Shown one piece after another: positions 33,506-47,769 of a stretch of DNA of 64,000 bases. The position numbers and the translations under genes are program-made. The notes under the pieces are model-generated. The model had not been told where the DNA came from. It did no database searches and saw only the letters and a program-made list of their open reading frames with translations. Each line of letters begins with the position of its first letter. Within the stretch, counting starts at the first letter, position 1. Source of the DNA: Heptranchias perlo (Eukaryota). The DNA is taken from the NCBI RefSeq assembly GCF_035084215.1, contig NC_090336.1:56482001-56546000 (forward strand), in the 5' to 3' direction.

Positions 33506-36500
33506 ATAAGAACAGAAAAACACAAGAAATAGAAGCATCAGTAGGCCATATGGCCCCTCCAGCCTGCTCCGCCATCCAATCAGATCATGGCTGATCTTCA
33601 ACCTCAACTCCACTTTCCCGCCCGATCCCCAAATTCCTTGATTCCCCTAAAGTCCAAAAATCTATCTATCTCAACCTTGAATATATTCAATGACTCAGCA
33701 TCCACAGCCCTCTGGGGTAGAGAATTCCAAAGAATCACAACCCTCTGCATGAAGAAATTCCTCCTCATCTCAGTCTTATGGCCGACCCCATATCCTGCAA
33801 CTATGCGCCCTAGTTCTAGACTCTCTAGCCAGAGGAAACAACCTCTCAGCATCTATCTTGTCAAGCCCCCTCATAATCTTATATGTTTCAATGAGATCAC
33901 TTCTCATTCTTCTAAACACCAGAGAGTATAGGCCCAGTCTACTCAACCTCTCTTCATAGGACAACCGTCTCATCCCAGGAATTAATCTAGTGAAACTTTG
34001 TTGCACCCCCTCTAAGGCAAGTATATCCTTCCTTAATAAGGAGACCAAAACTGTATGCAGTACTCCAGGTAAGGTCTCCCAATGCCCTGTACAACTGTAG
34101 TAAGACTTCCTCACTCTTATACTCCAACCCCCTTGCAATAAAGGCCAACATGCCATGCCTTCCTAATTGCTTGCTGTACCTGCATACTAACTTTTTGTGT
34201 TTCTTGTATGAGGACACCCAAGTCTCTCTGAACACCAACATTTAATAGTTTCTCACCATTTAAAAAATATTCTATTTTTCTATTCTTCCTACCAAATTGA
34301 ATAACCTCATATTTCCCCACATTATACTCCATCTGCCACCTTCTTGCTCAATCACTTAACCTGTCAATATCTCTTTTCAGATTCTTTGTGTCCTCCTCAC
34401 AGCTTACTTTCCCACCTAGCTTTGTATCATCAGCAAACTTGGATACATTATACTCGGTCCCTTCACCTAAGTCATTAATAGAGATTGTAAAATGCTGAGG
34501 CCCAAGCACTGATCCTTGCAGCACCCCACTAGTTACAGCCTGCCAACCTAAAAATGACTTGTTTATCTCTACTCTCTGTTTTCTGTCCTTTAACCAATCC
34601 TCTATCCATGCGAACATGTTACCCCCAACCCCATGAGCCCTTACCTTGTGTAACAACCTTTGATGTGACACCTTATCGAATGGCCTTTTGTAAATCCAAA
34701 TATACTACATCCACTGGTTCTCCTTTTTCTACCCTGCTAGTTACATCCTCAAAAAACTCTAATAAATTTGTCAAACACGATTTCCCTTTCATAAAACCAT
34801 GTTGACTCTGCCTAATCATATTATGATTTTCTAAGTGCCCTGTTACCACTTCCTTAATAATGGATTCCAGCATTTTCCCGATGACCAATGTCAGGCTAAC
34901 AGATCTGTAGTTCCCTGTTTTCTCTCTCCCTTCTTTCTTGAATAGTGGGGTAACATTTGCTACCTTCCAATCCACTGAGATCATTCCAGAATCTGGAGAA
35001 TTTTGGAAGATCATAACCAATGCATCCACTATCTCTGCAGCCACCTCTTTTAGAACCCTAGGATGTAGGCCATCAGGTCCAGGGGATTTGTCGGCTTTTA
35101 GTCCCATTAGTTTGTCCAGTACTTTTTCTCTAGTGATATTAATTGTTTCAAGTTCCTCACTCTCATTTACCCCTTGGTTCCCCATTATTTTTGGCATGCT
35201 TTTTGTGTCTTTTACTGTGAAGACAGATACAAAATATTTGTTTAACGCATCTGCCATTTCCTGATTCCCCATTATAATTTTTCCTGTCTCAGCCTCTAAA
35301 GGACCAATGTTTACTTTTGCTACTCTCTTCCTTTTTACATACTTGTAGAAGCTCTTACAATTTGTTTTTGTATTTCTTGCTAGTTTACTTTCATATTCTA
35401 TTTTCTCCGTCTTTATCAATTTTTTGGTTGTCCTTTGTTGGTTTCTAAAACTCTCCCAATCCCGAGGCTAATTACTCCTCTTGGCAACATTATAGGCCTC
35501 CTCTTTCAATCTAATACTCTCCTTAACTTCTTTAGTTAGCCACGGGTGGATCACTCTTCCTGTGGAGTTTTTTATTTCTCAATGGAATGTATATTTGTTG
35601 AGAATATTGAAATATTTCTTTAAATGTTTACCATTGCTTTTCAACTGTTAAACCCTTCAATTTAATTTCCCAATCTACCTTTGACAACTCGCCCCTCATA
35701 CCCATGTAATTGGCTTTATTTAAGTTTAAGACTCTAGTTTCTGACTTAAGTACATTACTTTCAAACTCAATGTGAAAGTCTATCATATTATGATCACTCT
35801 TCCCCAGAGGTTCTTTTACTGTGCAATTACTAATTAACCCTATCTCATTACACAGTACAAGATCTAAAATAGCTTGTTCCCTGGTTGGTTCCATAATGTA
35901 TTGCTCTAGCAAACTGTCTCAAATACATTCCATGAACTCAACTTCCAAATTACCTTTGCCAATTTGATTTGCTCAGTCTATATGCAGATTGAAGTCCCCT
36001 ATGATCACTGCATTACCTTTGTTACAAGCTCCTATTATTCCATGATTAATACTCTGTCTAACGATATTGCTACTATTAGGGGCCTATAAACTACTCTCAC
36101 CAATGTTTTCTGCTCCTTGTTATTTCTAATTTCCACCCATACTGATTCTACTTCCTGATCTTCCGAGCCAAGATCCTTTCTCACTACTGTCCTTATGTCA
36201 TCCTTTATTATTAGGGTTACACCCCTCCTTTTCCATTCTGCCTGTCTTTTCTAAATATCATGTTCCCTGGAATATTTAGTTCCCAACCTTGGTCATTTTG
36301 CAACCATGTCTCTGTAATAGCCATTTGATGAAACCCATTTATCTCTTTTTGTGCAATTAATCTATCTTGTTACGAATGCTCTGTGCATTCAGATAATGAG
36401 CCTTTAATTTTGATTTTTTACCATTTTTTCCTGCTTTGACCTTACTTGTTGCACTATTATTGGTAAACTCTCTGTCCCTTCCTGCCACAATCTGCTTATC

Positions 36501-36600
36501 TTAACCCAAGTCACTACACTGTTCTATTGTCTTAACTTTCTAAATTTCCCCTCACCTGACCCCTCCTCCCCTTTTTAGTTTAAAGCCCTATCTACAGCCC
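33505..36600 (-). mobile_element. Degenerate CR1 LINE from the ORF1 end through ORF2 to the tail
   Basis: Fragmented ORFs 35628-35912, 34673-35419, 34348-34671 (SKFADD), 33604-33852; possible CTACAT TSD. Confidence 0.92.
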
Positions 36601-38161
36601 TACATTAGAGGACTGGGAGCCAATATATTAAATTTTAAATCCTCAATGTTATGCATGGCCAAAGAAACAAGACCTTGAACACATCTGAGTTAATGTATAT
36701 AATAAATAAAAAATATGCTGGAGAAACGTCACAAAAAGAGGAGTTTCGTGTAGAGCATAAATGCTGGACTCGACCAGTTGGGCTGAATGGCCAGTTTCTG
36801 TGCTGTAAATTCTGTGTAATTCTATGTAAAAATATACTGGCAATATGCTCCTTTACTCTCAACAAGAACTGATGACATCACTGTTCCTGCCTCAGATTTA
36901 TTTAAAGGTTCTGTTCAGCTAGACTTCCCCCAATGCCCCCCCCACCCCACCCCCCCAAAAAAATATCGAGAACAAAAGGACTTCAGAAGTCAAATTGTAC
37001 ATAATGAATAGAAACAGTTGCAATGAAGGAACTCTCACAGTCTCATTTCTGCAGACAAAATCCCCACGTTCTGCATAATGCGCCTAAGTGTTGACTGAAG
37101 GCGCGAAGAAAAAATTGACACAAGCAGCCAAATCTTCAGCTTGTGGATTTGCTGCCGGATAATGATTGTACAAACAGTGGCTCATAGATGTACAAAGTAT
37201 ACCCTGCTTGCAAAAAGGAATCATTTCAAATATTTAATTCAAGAGTTTGCTTCTTGCAAGTCAACAGCACAACGCTTAATGCAAATTGAGAAAAGCTTAC
37301 CCTGGTGTAAATATAATTGAAATAAGTGAATCATCTTCTTGCAGGTTTAATATTTTACTAATTTTCAGATTTTGTTTTTCTCCTTCATTGATATTATCTA
37401 ATTATAGCCCTCAAGGCTACCAAATGCATCATGATCACAATGTATAAGTCTAAAAAGAAATAACGAGGACGAGAAAAGACTTTTCAAGTTCCTTTATCTC
37501 TTCATTCTCTGGTGTAAAAACCTACCCATGTCCTTCAGGTAGTAAAAGCTAGAGTGCAAAGCACTGACAATGCTGAAGCAATGAAGTTAGCAGTTGTGAG
37601 GGTGAAATTCCTCCTATTGACACTAAACACACGGTACTCACACCCACATTTCCACTTAAAAATTATCCACAGATGGGATTTAAGCCCCACAGGGTAGATA
37701 TTTGTCTTAAGCCACCTGGATGGTAATCCAGAGGAACGGATTGCCCACACTTTATACAACCCACCCTACCTTCATTCCATTGATGGATTGATAATCGGGT
37801 GGGTTCTATAAAAGGTGGGCGATCCCTTCCACCAAATCCTCACCCAGGCGGTGAAGATGAAAATCACAGAATCTACCCCATGTCTCAAAAAATATTAAAA
37901 TATTCTGACAGAAGAGACAAAGGGCAGATTTTCTAGAGACTGATGTCACTGAAAATGCATTTGCAATTTCCATTTTTGACACAAATGTTATTTGTAATGT
38001 CAACATGCTTCTATTTTTTCAATGTGTGACATTTTCAATCGCTGTGATAAAAAAAAATTCTATTTACAAGTCTAATTTGCCATAAATGTGGCCTTACTCT
38101 AATTGATAAAATTGAGAAATCTTAGAAGTCACCACTTATTTATTTATTTTCCTCCTCCTAC

Positions 38162-38252
38162 CTTCTGTGTAATTTTTCAGTATCAGCAGCGTCTTTAGCC
38201 AGGAAGTGAGGCAGACAACCTGCTCCTAGGCCTCAGCTCCTGCTGCTTTATA
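38162..38252 (-). promoter_or_regulatory. Candidate TATA promoter plus short non-coding first exon (about 38221-38162)
   Basis: TATAAA at 38252-38247, CA about 30 nt downstream, donor AAG|gtagga after 38162, sequence not recognisably repetitive. Confidence 0.3.
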
Positions 38253-39469
38253 ACCAGCCAAAAGGAGGCGCACAAGAGCTGCTTGGGGTGACTCCTCACC
38301 GGCGCGAGAAGCTACTCTACCAACCCCAAGGTTATGACTTTGAAAGAACAGAGCATGGTAAAATTGTATGTTAGGAATTCAACTAGCTAACATCTGCCCT
38401 TTCCCAAATGCCACTTTTGCCATTGTCTAGGAAGGGATCAGTTCAATATATGTTTGAGACGAACTTTCCGCCAATTTGCAGGGAAAAAAAATGTCCCATC
38501 ATTCTCCATCATACTGTTCACCGTGACAACACTAACAAGTCTGCCAATGGGGTAACATCAGAACTCATCAATCATAATTTAATCACCTTAATTATTTGGT
38601 CTATACATATGCCACAACATTAAATGCATTGGTGCAAGACATCAGTGTATGAAGAACTGCATGAACACAATGTAAATTGATTAAACCTGATGAATACACA
38701 CAAATAAAATATCTATTTATCACAGAATTGGAATTGGTTCCACTTAGCAGAAGCTTAGTCCCAACAGGAATGTATCGACAAATGCTCCCCTTACAGAGAG
38801 TTAATAACTTTTCTGATTGTCTCTTCCCTTCTAAAGGAAACAATTATTATTTCATGAGGGAGTGGCCAACATCTTGTTCGGATAATAAAGTTCCTTTCTG
38901 TTTTCTGCCTACCTGGATTGGAAAGAGTTCATTGCTTTTGTGCAGCTGTCACTATGGAACGATTTTGTTTTTCTTTCAGCAGTCTGGAGCTGTCATGTAA
39001 AGAAGCAAAAGTAACCCAGAGAAACATCTGCTCCAAAATGATTGGGATCAGTTTGAAATGTCAAGATGAGCTTGCTGCTTTCAAAATGTCGATTCACAAA
39101 TATCAATTTATAGAAACCCACAGGAAGATCACAACTGTTAAATGTCAAATGATAAACTGAGAACTCTTCTTGTTGCTACACACACTAAAAGTGCTGCAAT
39201 GTTAGAAGCTATTCAGACACCAAAAGCTTAAATACTGAATAAGCTATGATTTTCTTGACAGTATATATTTATTTTAAAAACTCCTGGTTGAATGGATGGC
39301 ATCCCATCTTCTTGGGCTACCAATGTGAACAACTTCTTCACCTTTAACATATAGTTCTTCACCGTCTTCCACACTTTGATTGTTTTTAAAGTTGAAGGCG
39401 GGAGTTTCTAATTCTATGAGATCTAATTGTGTCTAGATATCAAAGGGTCAAAGCAAGGATGCACACCTC

Positions 39470-39705
39470 CCACCTCCTCCCACCTCTCTTCATTTAACTC
39501 TATCAGCATAACCTCCTATTCCTTTTTCCCTCATGTGTTTATCCAGCTTCCCCCTAAATGCATCTATGCTATTCGCCTCAACTACTCCTTGTGGTAGTGA
39601 GTTCCACATTCTTACCATTCTCTGGGTAAAGAATTTTTTCCTGAATTCCCTATTGGATTTATTAGTGACTATCTTATATGTATGGCTTCTAGTTTTGGTC
39701 TCCCA
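39470..39705 (-). mobile_element. CR1 3' fragment
   Basis: FFTQRMVRMWNSLPQG motif. Confidence 0.85.
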
Positions 39706-40429
39706 ATTCCAACTGTCCCACCCAATCAAACAGCCATTTCCCCCCCCCCCCCCATCTCCAATACGCTGACAACTAATAAACAAAAGTGTTTAAAGAAAAT
39801 GAAAATACACATTTTTTTTAATGCCCTCTGATTTTTCTCTCTGGCTGCTTGCAGCAGTGCCCAGGAGATTAAGCTTTAATTCCTGGAGCGTTGGCAACCC
39901 TAACTGCAGCAACTCACCAAAGTTACTTTGACAGCACCTCCTTCTCCGTGACCTCTATCATCAAGAAGGACAAGAGCAGTAATATCATGGAAATACAGTC
40001 ACCTCCAAGTCACACACCAGCCTGACGTGGGCAGATATCACCGTTCCTTTATCATTGTTGCATCAATTTCCAACACCACAAGGACTGCAGAAGCTCATGA
40101 AGAAGGCTCAATATAACCTTCTCAGGGCAACGAGGCATGGGCAGCCTTACCAGCGCCACCCACATCTTGAGAATAAGTAAAAAGAAAAAAACATGCCTAT
40201 ATAGTAAAGAACCCAACAAAATCTTCCTGACTTCTGTGATATTTTGGTCCATAAAACAACGCTCCTGCCGAACAGTGGCTCAGAGTCAGAGATGACTGCG
40301 CCTCCACAAGTGCATTACCACTATCCGCAATACATGTGCCCCTATACCCTGCCTAACGACTTTTTGAAACCATCTTCTTCCTCTTCTCTTCTACTCAAGC
40401 TCAATTTAACACAGGACAGAGGCTGGGTA

Positions 40430-41015
40430 TTCTGTGGCGAGTGACTCACCTCCTGACTCCCCAAAGTCTTTCCACCATCTACAAGGCACAAGTCAGGAGT
40501 GTGGTGGAATACTCTCCACCTGCCTGGATCAGTGCAGCTCCAACAACACTCAAGAAGCTCGACACCATCCAGGACAAAGCAGCCCGCTTAATTGGCACCC
40601 CATCCACCACCCTATACATTCACTCCCTTCAGCACCGGCGCACAGTGGCTGCAGTGTGTACCATCCACAGAATGCACTGCAGCAACTCGCCAAGGCTTCT
40701 TCGACAGCACCTCCCAAACCTGCAACCTCTACCACCTAGAAGGACAAGAGCAGCAGGTACATGGGAACAACGCCACCTGCATGTTCCCCTCCAAGTCACA
40801 CACCATCCTGACTTGGAAATATATCGCCGTTCCTTCATCGTCACTGGGTCAAAATCCTGAACTCCCTTCCTAACAGCACTGTGGGAGAACCGTCACCACA
40901 CGGACTGCAGCGGTTCAAGAAGGCGGCTCACCACCACCTTCTCAAGGGCAATTAGGGATGGGCAATAAATGCCGGCCTCGCCATCGACGCCCACATCCCA
41001 TAAACGAATTTTTAA
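40430..41015 (+). mobile_element. 3' end of divergent CR1-group LINE (older copy at about 39905-40180)
   Basis: IYKAQVRSVVEYS..W..A..T.LKKLDTIQDKAARLIG RT thumb/C-terminal motif; 3' UTR shared with 5700-6015. Confidence 0.82.
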
Positions 41016-43049
41016 AAATGCACTTATTTTCAGATGACCAAATAGTACTGTGGTTGTGATCTGTGCTCACTGTCTCTTCTTATTAACTGCGACCGACTTG
41101 CAGTGAATAGACATTGCTTCGTATTGCTCCTCAGAGTGAACTGTCAAATGTTGTTGGGTAGCACACTTTGATAAAATGGTTTCTGAACCAGAGAATAAAA
41201 TGTAGACTTTTGTGGGGGAGAAAAAGTGAGGTCCCTTACAACAAATAATCCAATGGTGGTGATAGTTGAATGGGGATTCTTTGACAGTTTCAGCCTTTAT
41301 TGACCTTGCAATGAGCATATGCAGAGACCTGGTTAACCAGCAAACATTAGGAAAACCCAATAGAGAAAAAAAAATCAGCATCCTAATGGAACATCCATCC
41401 AATGTATTAATATTACATAATACAATAATCAACTGGTAATTCATTAAAATACATAGTTCATTCACACCGAATGAAGTTCGCTTTCTCAATGTATTATGTA
41501 ACACAAAAAGCCCTATTTAAGTCAAATAATTTAGATTTTCTCTGAAGTATTTTGCTCTGCCCTCCAACTGATCTTGTATTTATTTGGGAAATATAATAAC
41601 TGAATGACAAAATTCAGTATCTACATTCCTGAAAGTAACTTTAGCACCAATAAATAGATGGTTTTAATTGATCATTCAGGTTGTATGAAACTGACCCAGT
41701 GTACACTGTTGAGGAGATATTAAATGCCAGAATCCATCAGTGTGACTGTTTGCAGCCAGTTCAGCTCTAAAATTGAAAGATATTAACTGACTGAGAGGCA
41801 AAAATACAATGGAAATCTGATGTTTCATGTTCTTTTTGAACAATTTAGATGCAGGAGCCAAGGGGTATGGATTGACTATGTGAAAAAAAAGCAATGGGTT
41901 AGGTTAGTAATGAACAATAACCTTACATATCCACAGGCATAAATACCAAGACGGCATGGATTAAACAGCATATATGACAGTCAACTGTTCATCCCATGTG
42001 TCAGCTTGACACCGCCTCAATCAGATCTGGAAGAAGGCAGGAGATTGTCAGGACCAATCAATCAGTTGGAGGGTAGAACTGAAGGCCATTGGAACCATTT
42101 TTTCTCTTGACTGTTTGTTAAGGAGAAACTTGATGCAATAAAGTTTTGAGGTGAGCTGATGGTTTCTGAGAGTCACAGTTACAGGTGCTTTCATTTAGTA
42201 TTTGTCCCCCCACAAAAAGTTGTAAATAACAACCTGCTAAAATACAGCTTTTAAAAACCTTCAATTTTCGCCAAAGATACTTTCTGGTGGGCTGAAATTT
42301 GCTGACTATGAACTATATTGCAAAAGCAACACCCTGGGAGCTGGATATATAGGACAATGGCCTCAATTTGTGGTAATCTATGTACAACACTACAAGTTCT
42401 TTTCTCTGTACAACAGATGATACTTTTTTTAAAACTTTAATAATTTTTAGTCCAATGAGCCAATATAATCACTTGAATTATAATGACAATAATTCCATAT
42501 AAAATTATAATTAAACTCTGCAAGGTGAAAGTGACTGAGTGCCTCATATAGAATCATTCTGAGGTAAATATTGAAATCAATGGAATGAGGATTGAGCAGT
42601 TTCTATAACAGACGGCTGATCCACTCTCTCAGATTACTGCCCATGTGATGAGTATCAATATTTACACCTCTGTCTTCTGTAATACTGCAAGATGGCAGAG
42701 TTGAGAAATGCACTGAACATGTCTAATTAAAAACCTTTCCCTTTAAGCAAATGCGTATTCCCCTAAACATGTTTTTAAACTTTTTTTTTTAAGCATGTAT
42801 GTTTCTGAACCTCTCAACCTAAGTATTTTGCAACTAGTTACCACGTTCCACAGAGCCCAACAAAATTGAGCTTCTACACTCTACTCCTCATGTTTCTTTT
42901 ATTACCACCAGCAGAAATGAAGTCCGACGTGTGAACAAATGTTAAGTCTTTCCTCGGCTGTTGTTAAGTGTTCATGATCCAATTCCTTTAACAGCGACAC
43001 ATATGATGATCTGGCCAAGATTCTTTAATATTATTTGGAATTTAATATT

Positions 43050-43445
43050 ACACAGAATTACATAAATTGTACAGCCCGACAGGTCCATGCCGGTGTTTAT
43101 GCTCCACACGCGCCTCCTCCCTCCCCTCTTCAGCTGACCCTATCAGCATAGCCTTCTATTCCTTTCTCCCTCATGTACTTATCTAGCTTCCCCTTAAATA
43201 CATCTATGCTTTTTGCCTCAACTACTCCATGTGGTAGTGAGTTCCACAGTCTAACCACTCTTTGGGTAAAGAAGTTTCTCCTGAATTCCCTATTAGTAAC
43301 AATCTTATATTTACGGCCCTTAGTTTTGGTCTCCCCCACAAGTGGAAACATCTCTACCCTGTCGAACCCTTTCATAATCTATAAGACATCTATCAAGTCA
43401 ACCTTCAGCCTTCCCAGCCTGTTCAATCTTTCCTGATAGGTTTAA
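43050..43445 (-). mobile_element. CR1 3' fragment
   Basis: RRNFFTQRVVRLWNSLP motif. Confidence 0.85.
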
Positions 43446-44544
43446 CCATGTAATCAAAGTACATGTTTATTTCTAATAACTAACAGCATCAGCAGCATTA
43501 TTACATTAGATCAGGAATACAATAAGGACAGATAAAATCTCCCTTTCTGGCAGCTAAGAACTAACACACTTTACTGGGTTACAATAATCCTTTATATATT
43601 GGAAAGTAATAAATAGAGTAATAAAAAAGGAACAATAAATCAAGATAAAACAATGTCGAAAACCAATTAATACAAACAAATTCTTTTAGCTCAGTCAGAA
43701 ATTATGTTGGGCAAATTTACACAACAAACAGATATAATCCTGTGAACGATAAATGTTTTTGAAGAAATTATTAAATGAAAATAGAGAATAGGGTTGAAAT
43801 ATTTAACTGACATAAAGACAAGAAAAAAGTGGTTGTCAGTTACTAATCCAGAAACATCAAACGTAAACAAAATAGGTTTTTAGTTTCAAATTCCACTGAC
43901 ACAGAACTGGAATTAACTGAAGACTTCACAGAAGTGACACTCAATACACCAGTACAATTAATCTATTTAAAGTGTACTTTTAGGATTTAAACTATATTGA
44001 ATAGGATAATATTACATGTTTGTGCGTAAAAAGGAAGACTTGTTTTACCACCTAACTACTGCACAATGTATTTTATTTAAATGCTCTCTCTGTTCCCCTT
44101 TGGCTTTGCTTACAGATTTGAGAACTGGGGCATGGTTGCAATGTTTAACTGCTAACCTGGCCTGTCCCTTTAAGATCAGTGCTCCCAGAGTCAGGTAATT
44201 GCAGCTGTTTGTGAACTGCTTGGGGTCAATCAGAGAGCAATTGTAACTACTTGTAAATTTCTGGCTCCAGATCAGAAGGTCCCATCACAACAAGACTGGC
44301 TTGCTTTCTCTTATTAAAAAAATAACTTTTGTATATGTAAAGAAAGAAGTTGCACTTATACAGGGTCTTTCACAACCTCAGGGCATCCCAAAGTGCTTTA
44401 CAGCCAATGAAGTACTTTTTTTTAAAAAGCGTATTAACTGTAGTAAAAAAGTGTAAAAGATTACAGTGTGACATTTGGAGTGCAATGGACATGTGCTAGG
44501 CTTTTAATATATGATGAGTAAATTGCCCGTCTCATTGGCCACAG

Positions 44545-44940
44545 TGAGTTACATCGAGTCTACTGCAAAAAACAGGCCATTCGGCCCAACAGATCTATGC
44601 CAGTATTTACGCTCTATCAACCTACCCTTCTATTCCTTTCTCCCCCATGTGCTTATCTATCTTCTCCTTTAATGCATCTATGCTATTCACCTCAACTACT
44701 CCTTGTGGTAGCGAGTTCCACATTCTTACCACTCCTTGGGTGAAGAAGTTTCTCCTGAATTCCCTATTGGATTTATTAGTGATTATTTTATATTGATGAG
44801 CTCTAATTTTGGACTCCCCGCAGTGGAAATATTTTCTCTACTTCTACCCTATCAAACCCTTTCATTATCTTAAAGACCTCTATCAGGTCACCCCTCCGCC
44901 TTCTCTTTTCTAGAGAAAAGAGCCCCAGCCTGTTTAGCCT
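44545..44940 (-). mobile_element. CR1 3' fragment
   Basis: Homologous to 12600-13020. Confidence 0.85.
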
Positions 44941-44987
44941 TGTTTAGTTGACGAATATAAGTTTTTACACAAAGGGGTGATGGATAT

Positions 44988-45012
44988 GAGAGAGAGAGAG
45001 AGAGAGAGAGAC
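44988..45012. repeat. (GA)n microsatellite
   Basis: Direct reading. Confidence 0.9.
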
Positions 45013-46014
45013 ACTTCAGAAATTCATTCCACAAACCCACTTAGTGGTCTGAACCCACAACTACGAATGGGAAATATCGACATCGCAATTTACAAAGGAT
45101 GATCTAAAATAACGAGTAACAACAGATAGTAAAATTTATGGACAGGAACTGCATTCCCTAGCTGGGACCTAAATTGAGCACATACAAGAAGTGTTGACTG
45201 GCCTCTTCCCATGTTAAAAATCTCTATATCTATGCCCCATACAGTTGAATAGTCTAGTAGAAGTGAATTAATTCCAGTATAATTAGCAGTGTAAATAAAT
45301 TATGCATTAGGTGATCCCAGAATCTGCTCATATAGTCAAAGTGGTCTATTTTTAAAAATCTCTTTCCATTACACAGCACAAAAAATAGCCAATAGATTAC
45401 TAAGTCTTCAAGCTCAAATTTGTCCTGGCTGCTTATACTAAAGAATTGTTTTCAAATCGTTAAAACTTATGCAGATCATGCAAAAAAAAGTTATTTGAGA
45501 TATACTGTAGATGACTTTCAGTTCTTAGCCTTCGGAAAGCACTTGCCTTAAAGATTAATTGGTGCAGTAAATATTTTCTTTCATGATTGAAGCCTTGATA
45601 ATTCATTACCAACACCTTGAGAATAAGTTAAACAATGCCATTAATTCAGTTTTGCCTCAAGTACTTTAGGAAAATGTTTAATCAATAATATAAAGGGAAT
45701 ATGTCAAACTGCTCCCAAGAACATATTAACTCAGCCATCACTCAAAAACAACACAGTCCTGCAAGAAACAGAGGGCTGCACTGTCTAAACACGCCTTATG
45801 ACTTGCTGGCGATAACAACGCAAAAAGATTATGGGAAATTCTGAGAACTCGCCATCTTTCATTTCAGCGAGACAGATTCTTTTTCCCCCACTTAACTCCT
45901 GAAGTTTCTTTGCACTGACTGCCCATTGTTATTTGTGCCTTGAATCAGAGACTAAGGAGAATCGCTGAACAGGTTTGCATGAGTGAGAAGTTTTGCCTTC
46001 GATTACATCATTAA

Positions 46015-46415
46015 AAAAAAGACTTGCATTTATATAGCGCCGTTCACGACCACGGGACATCCCAAAGCGCTTACAGCCAATGAAGTAGTTTTGAAGTGTA
46101 GTCACTGTTGTAATGTAGGAAACGCAGCAGCCAATTTGGTCCCACAAATAGCAATGTGATAATAACCAGATAATCTGTTTTAGTGATGTTGGTTGAGTGA
46201 TAAATATTGGCCAGGACACCAGGGAGAACTCCCCTGCTCTTCTTCGAAATAGTGCAAAGCAATCTTTTACATCCATCTGAGAGGGCAGATGGGGCTTCGG
46301 TTTAACACCTCATCCAAAAGACAGCACCTCTGCCAGTGCGGCACTGCCTTAGTATTGCATTGGAGTGTCAGCCTAGATTTTGTGCTCATGTCATTGCAGT
46401 GGGACTTGAACCCAC

Positions 46416-46455
<40 letters not shown>

Positions 46456-46466
46456 TCAGTTGACAC
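46015..46466 (-). mobile_element. Full-length Deu-domain tRNA SINE
   Basis: Complete head, central domain and tail in reverse orientation. Confidence 0.9.
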
Positions 46467-46526
46467 TATAAGTCCAGCTAAAGTCCTTCGACTTCAAATC
46501 ACCCCAGGATAAGATCCAGTTTGCAC

Positions 46527-46960
46527 ATTTTATTTCAGATTTCCAGCATCTGCAGTATTTTGCTTTTGCTTTAGTGTTTAATTCACTGCTGCTTCTCTTC
46601 CAGGAATGCCCCACCTTGAAGAAGTTCTTCTCTTCTCTCCGAGGGAATTTTCATTTGTCTCTTTTACCCTGGTCACCCTCATTAATTTCTGTTTCCCTTC
46701 TCGTGTTTGATCATGTGTGTCTGCTAAAACTCACTTCCACAGCCACATCTCTTTCCTCAGCATCTGTCTCGGGCTCCGACTTACTCCGTATGGATTCCAA
46801 CTTAAATTCCACCCTTCATATTGCGGATCCACCATTGATCGCAGATATTTCCATGGAGTTCTGATAAAAGATCATCGACCTGAAACGTTAACTCTCTGCC
46901 TCTTTCCACAGACGCTGCCTGACCTGCTGAGTGTTTTCCAGCATTTACTATTTTTATTCC
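46527..46960 (+). mobile_element. Penelope-like element fragment (repeat + ORF 5' end + repeat)
   Basis: THFHSHISFLSICLGLRLTPYGFQLKF resembles the PLE N-terminal HxxFLxxC...P.G motif; flanked by the same repeat as 1943-2152, with a degenerate hammerhead-like motif at 46856-46895. Confidence 0.7.
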
Positions 46961-47769
46961 AGTTTGCATGGCTAGTTTGCCACAGGATAAAGTAACAGAT
47001 GCAAACAGGTCCTGATTTGCATTCTACATTATTATCTCCTCCTCTTATCTCAGCAAAAATGAGGATCCCACCCATAATAGTGTGTTGCTATTTCGGAACG
47101 TGCTGACTTTCAGTTAGCTGTCGGTGGATTTTCTTTCCGATTGTACTTACTTTTACATTTAAAGGAGTACGTTTTCACGGAAAAAAATGTTATGACAATG
47201 TTTTTTTCCTTCAGGGTAAATTCTCCAAATGCATTCTTTGCAGGGCTACGGGGATAGGGCGGGGGAGTGGGACTAACTGGATTGCTCTTGCATAGAGCCG
47301 GCGGGAACTTGATGGGCCGAACGGCCTCCTTCCGTGCTGTAACCTTTCTATGATTCCATCAATAAATGCTGGCCTTTCCAGCAACACCCACATCCAGAGA
47401 CTGAAAAAAAATGAGGCTCCACACAGTTGAATAGCTTAAAATTACTGGAGTAGAGCTGGAACCTGTGGAACTATACCCCAGCCTGTGCTGACTGATCTGG
47501 TGATGCAGCATGTACTCACTCTCGAACACTTTCATGGATACGAAGACTCAGTTTCCAATCTAACCTTGCCTAACATTTGTGTCCAATTTAAAGATTATGT
47601 TAATGCATGTTCCAAAATGATCGGCCTAAAAACATGGATGTTTCTATGAATATCACCGTACTGTATAAAAGTCATCCTTGGCTGAAGTCACATTTCTGTA
47701 TGTTTCCAACATTACGTTAACCCCTCAATGAACTGAATATATCCAACATAATATATATTTGTTTTTTCC

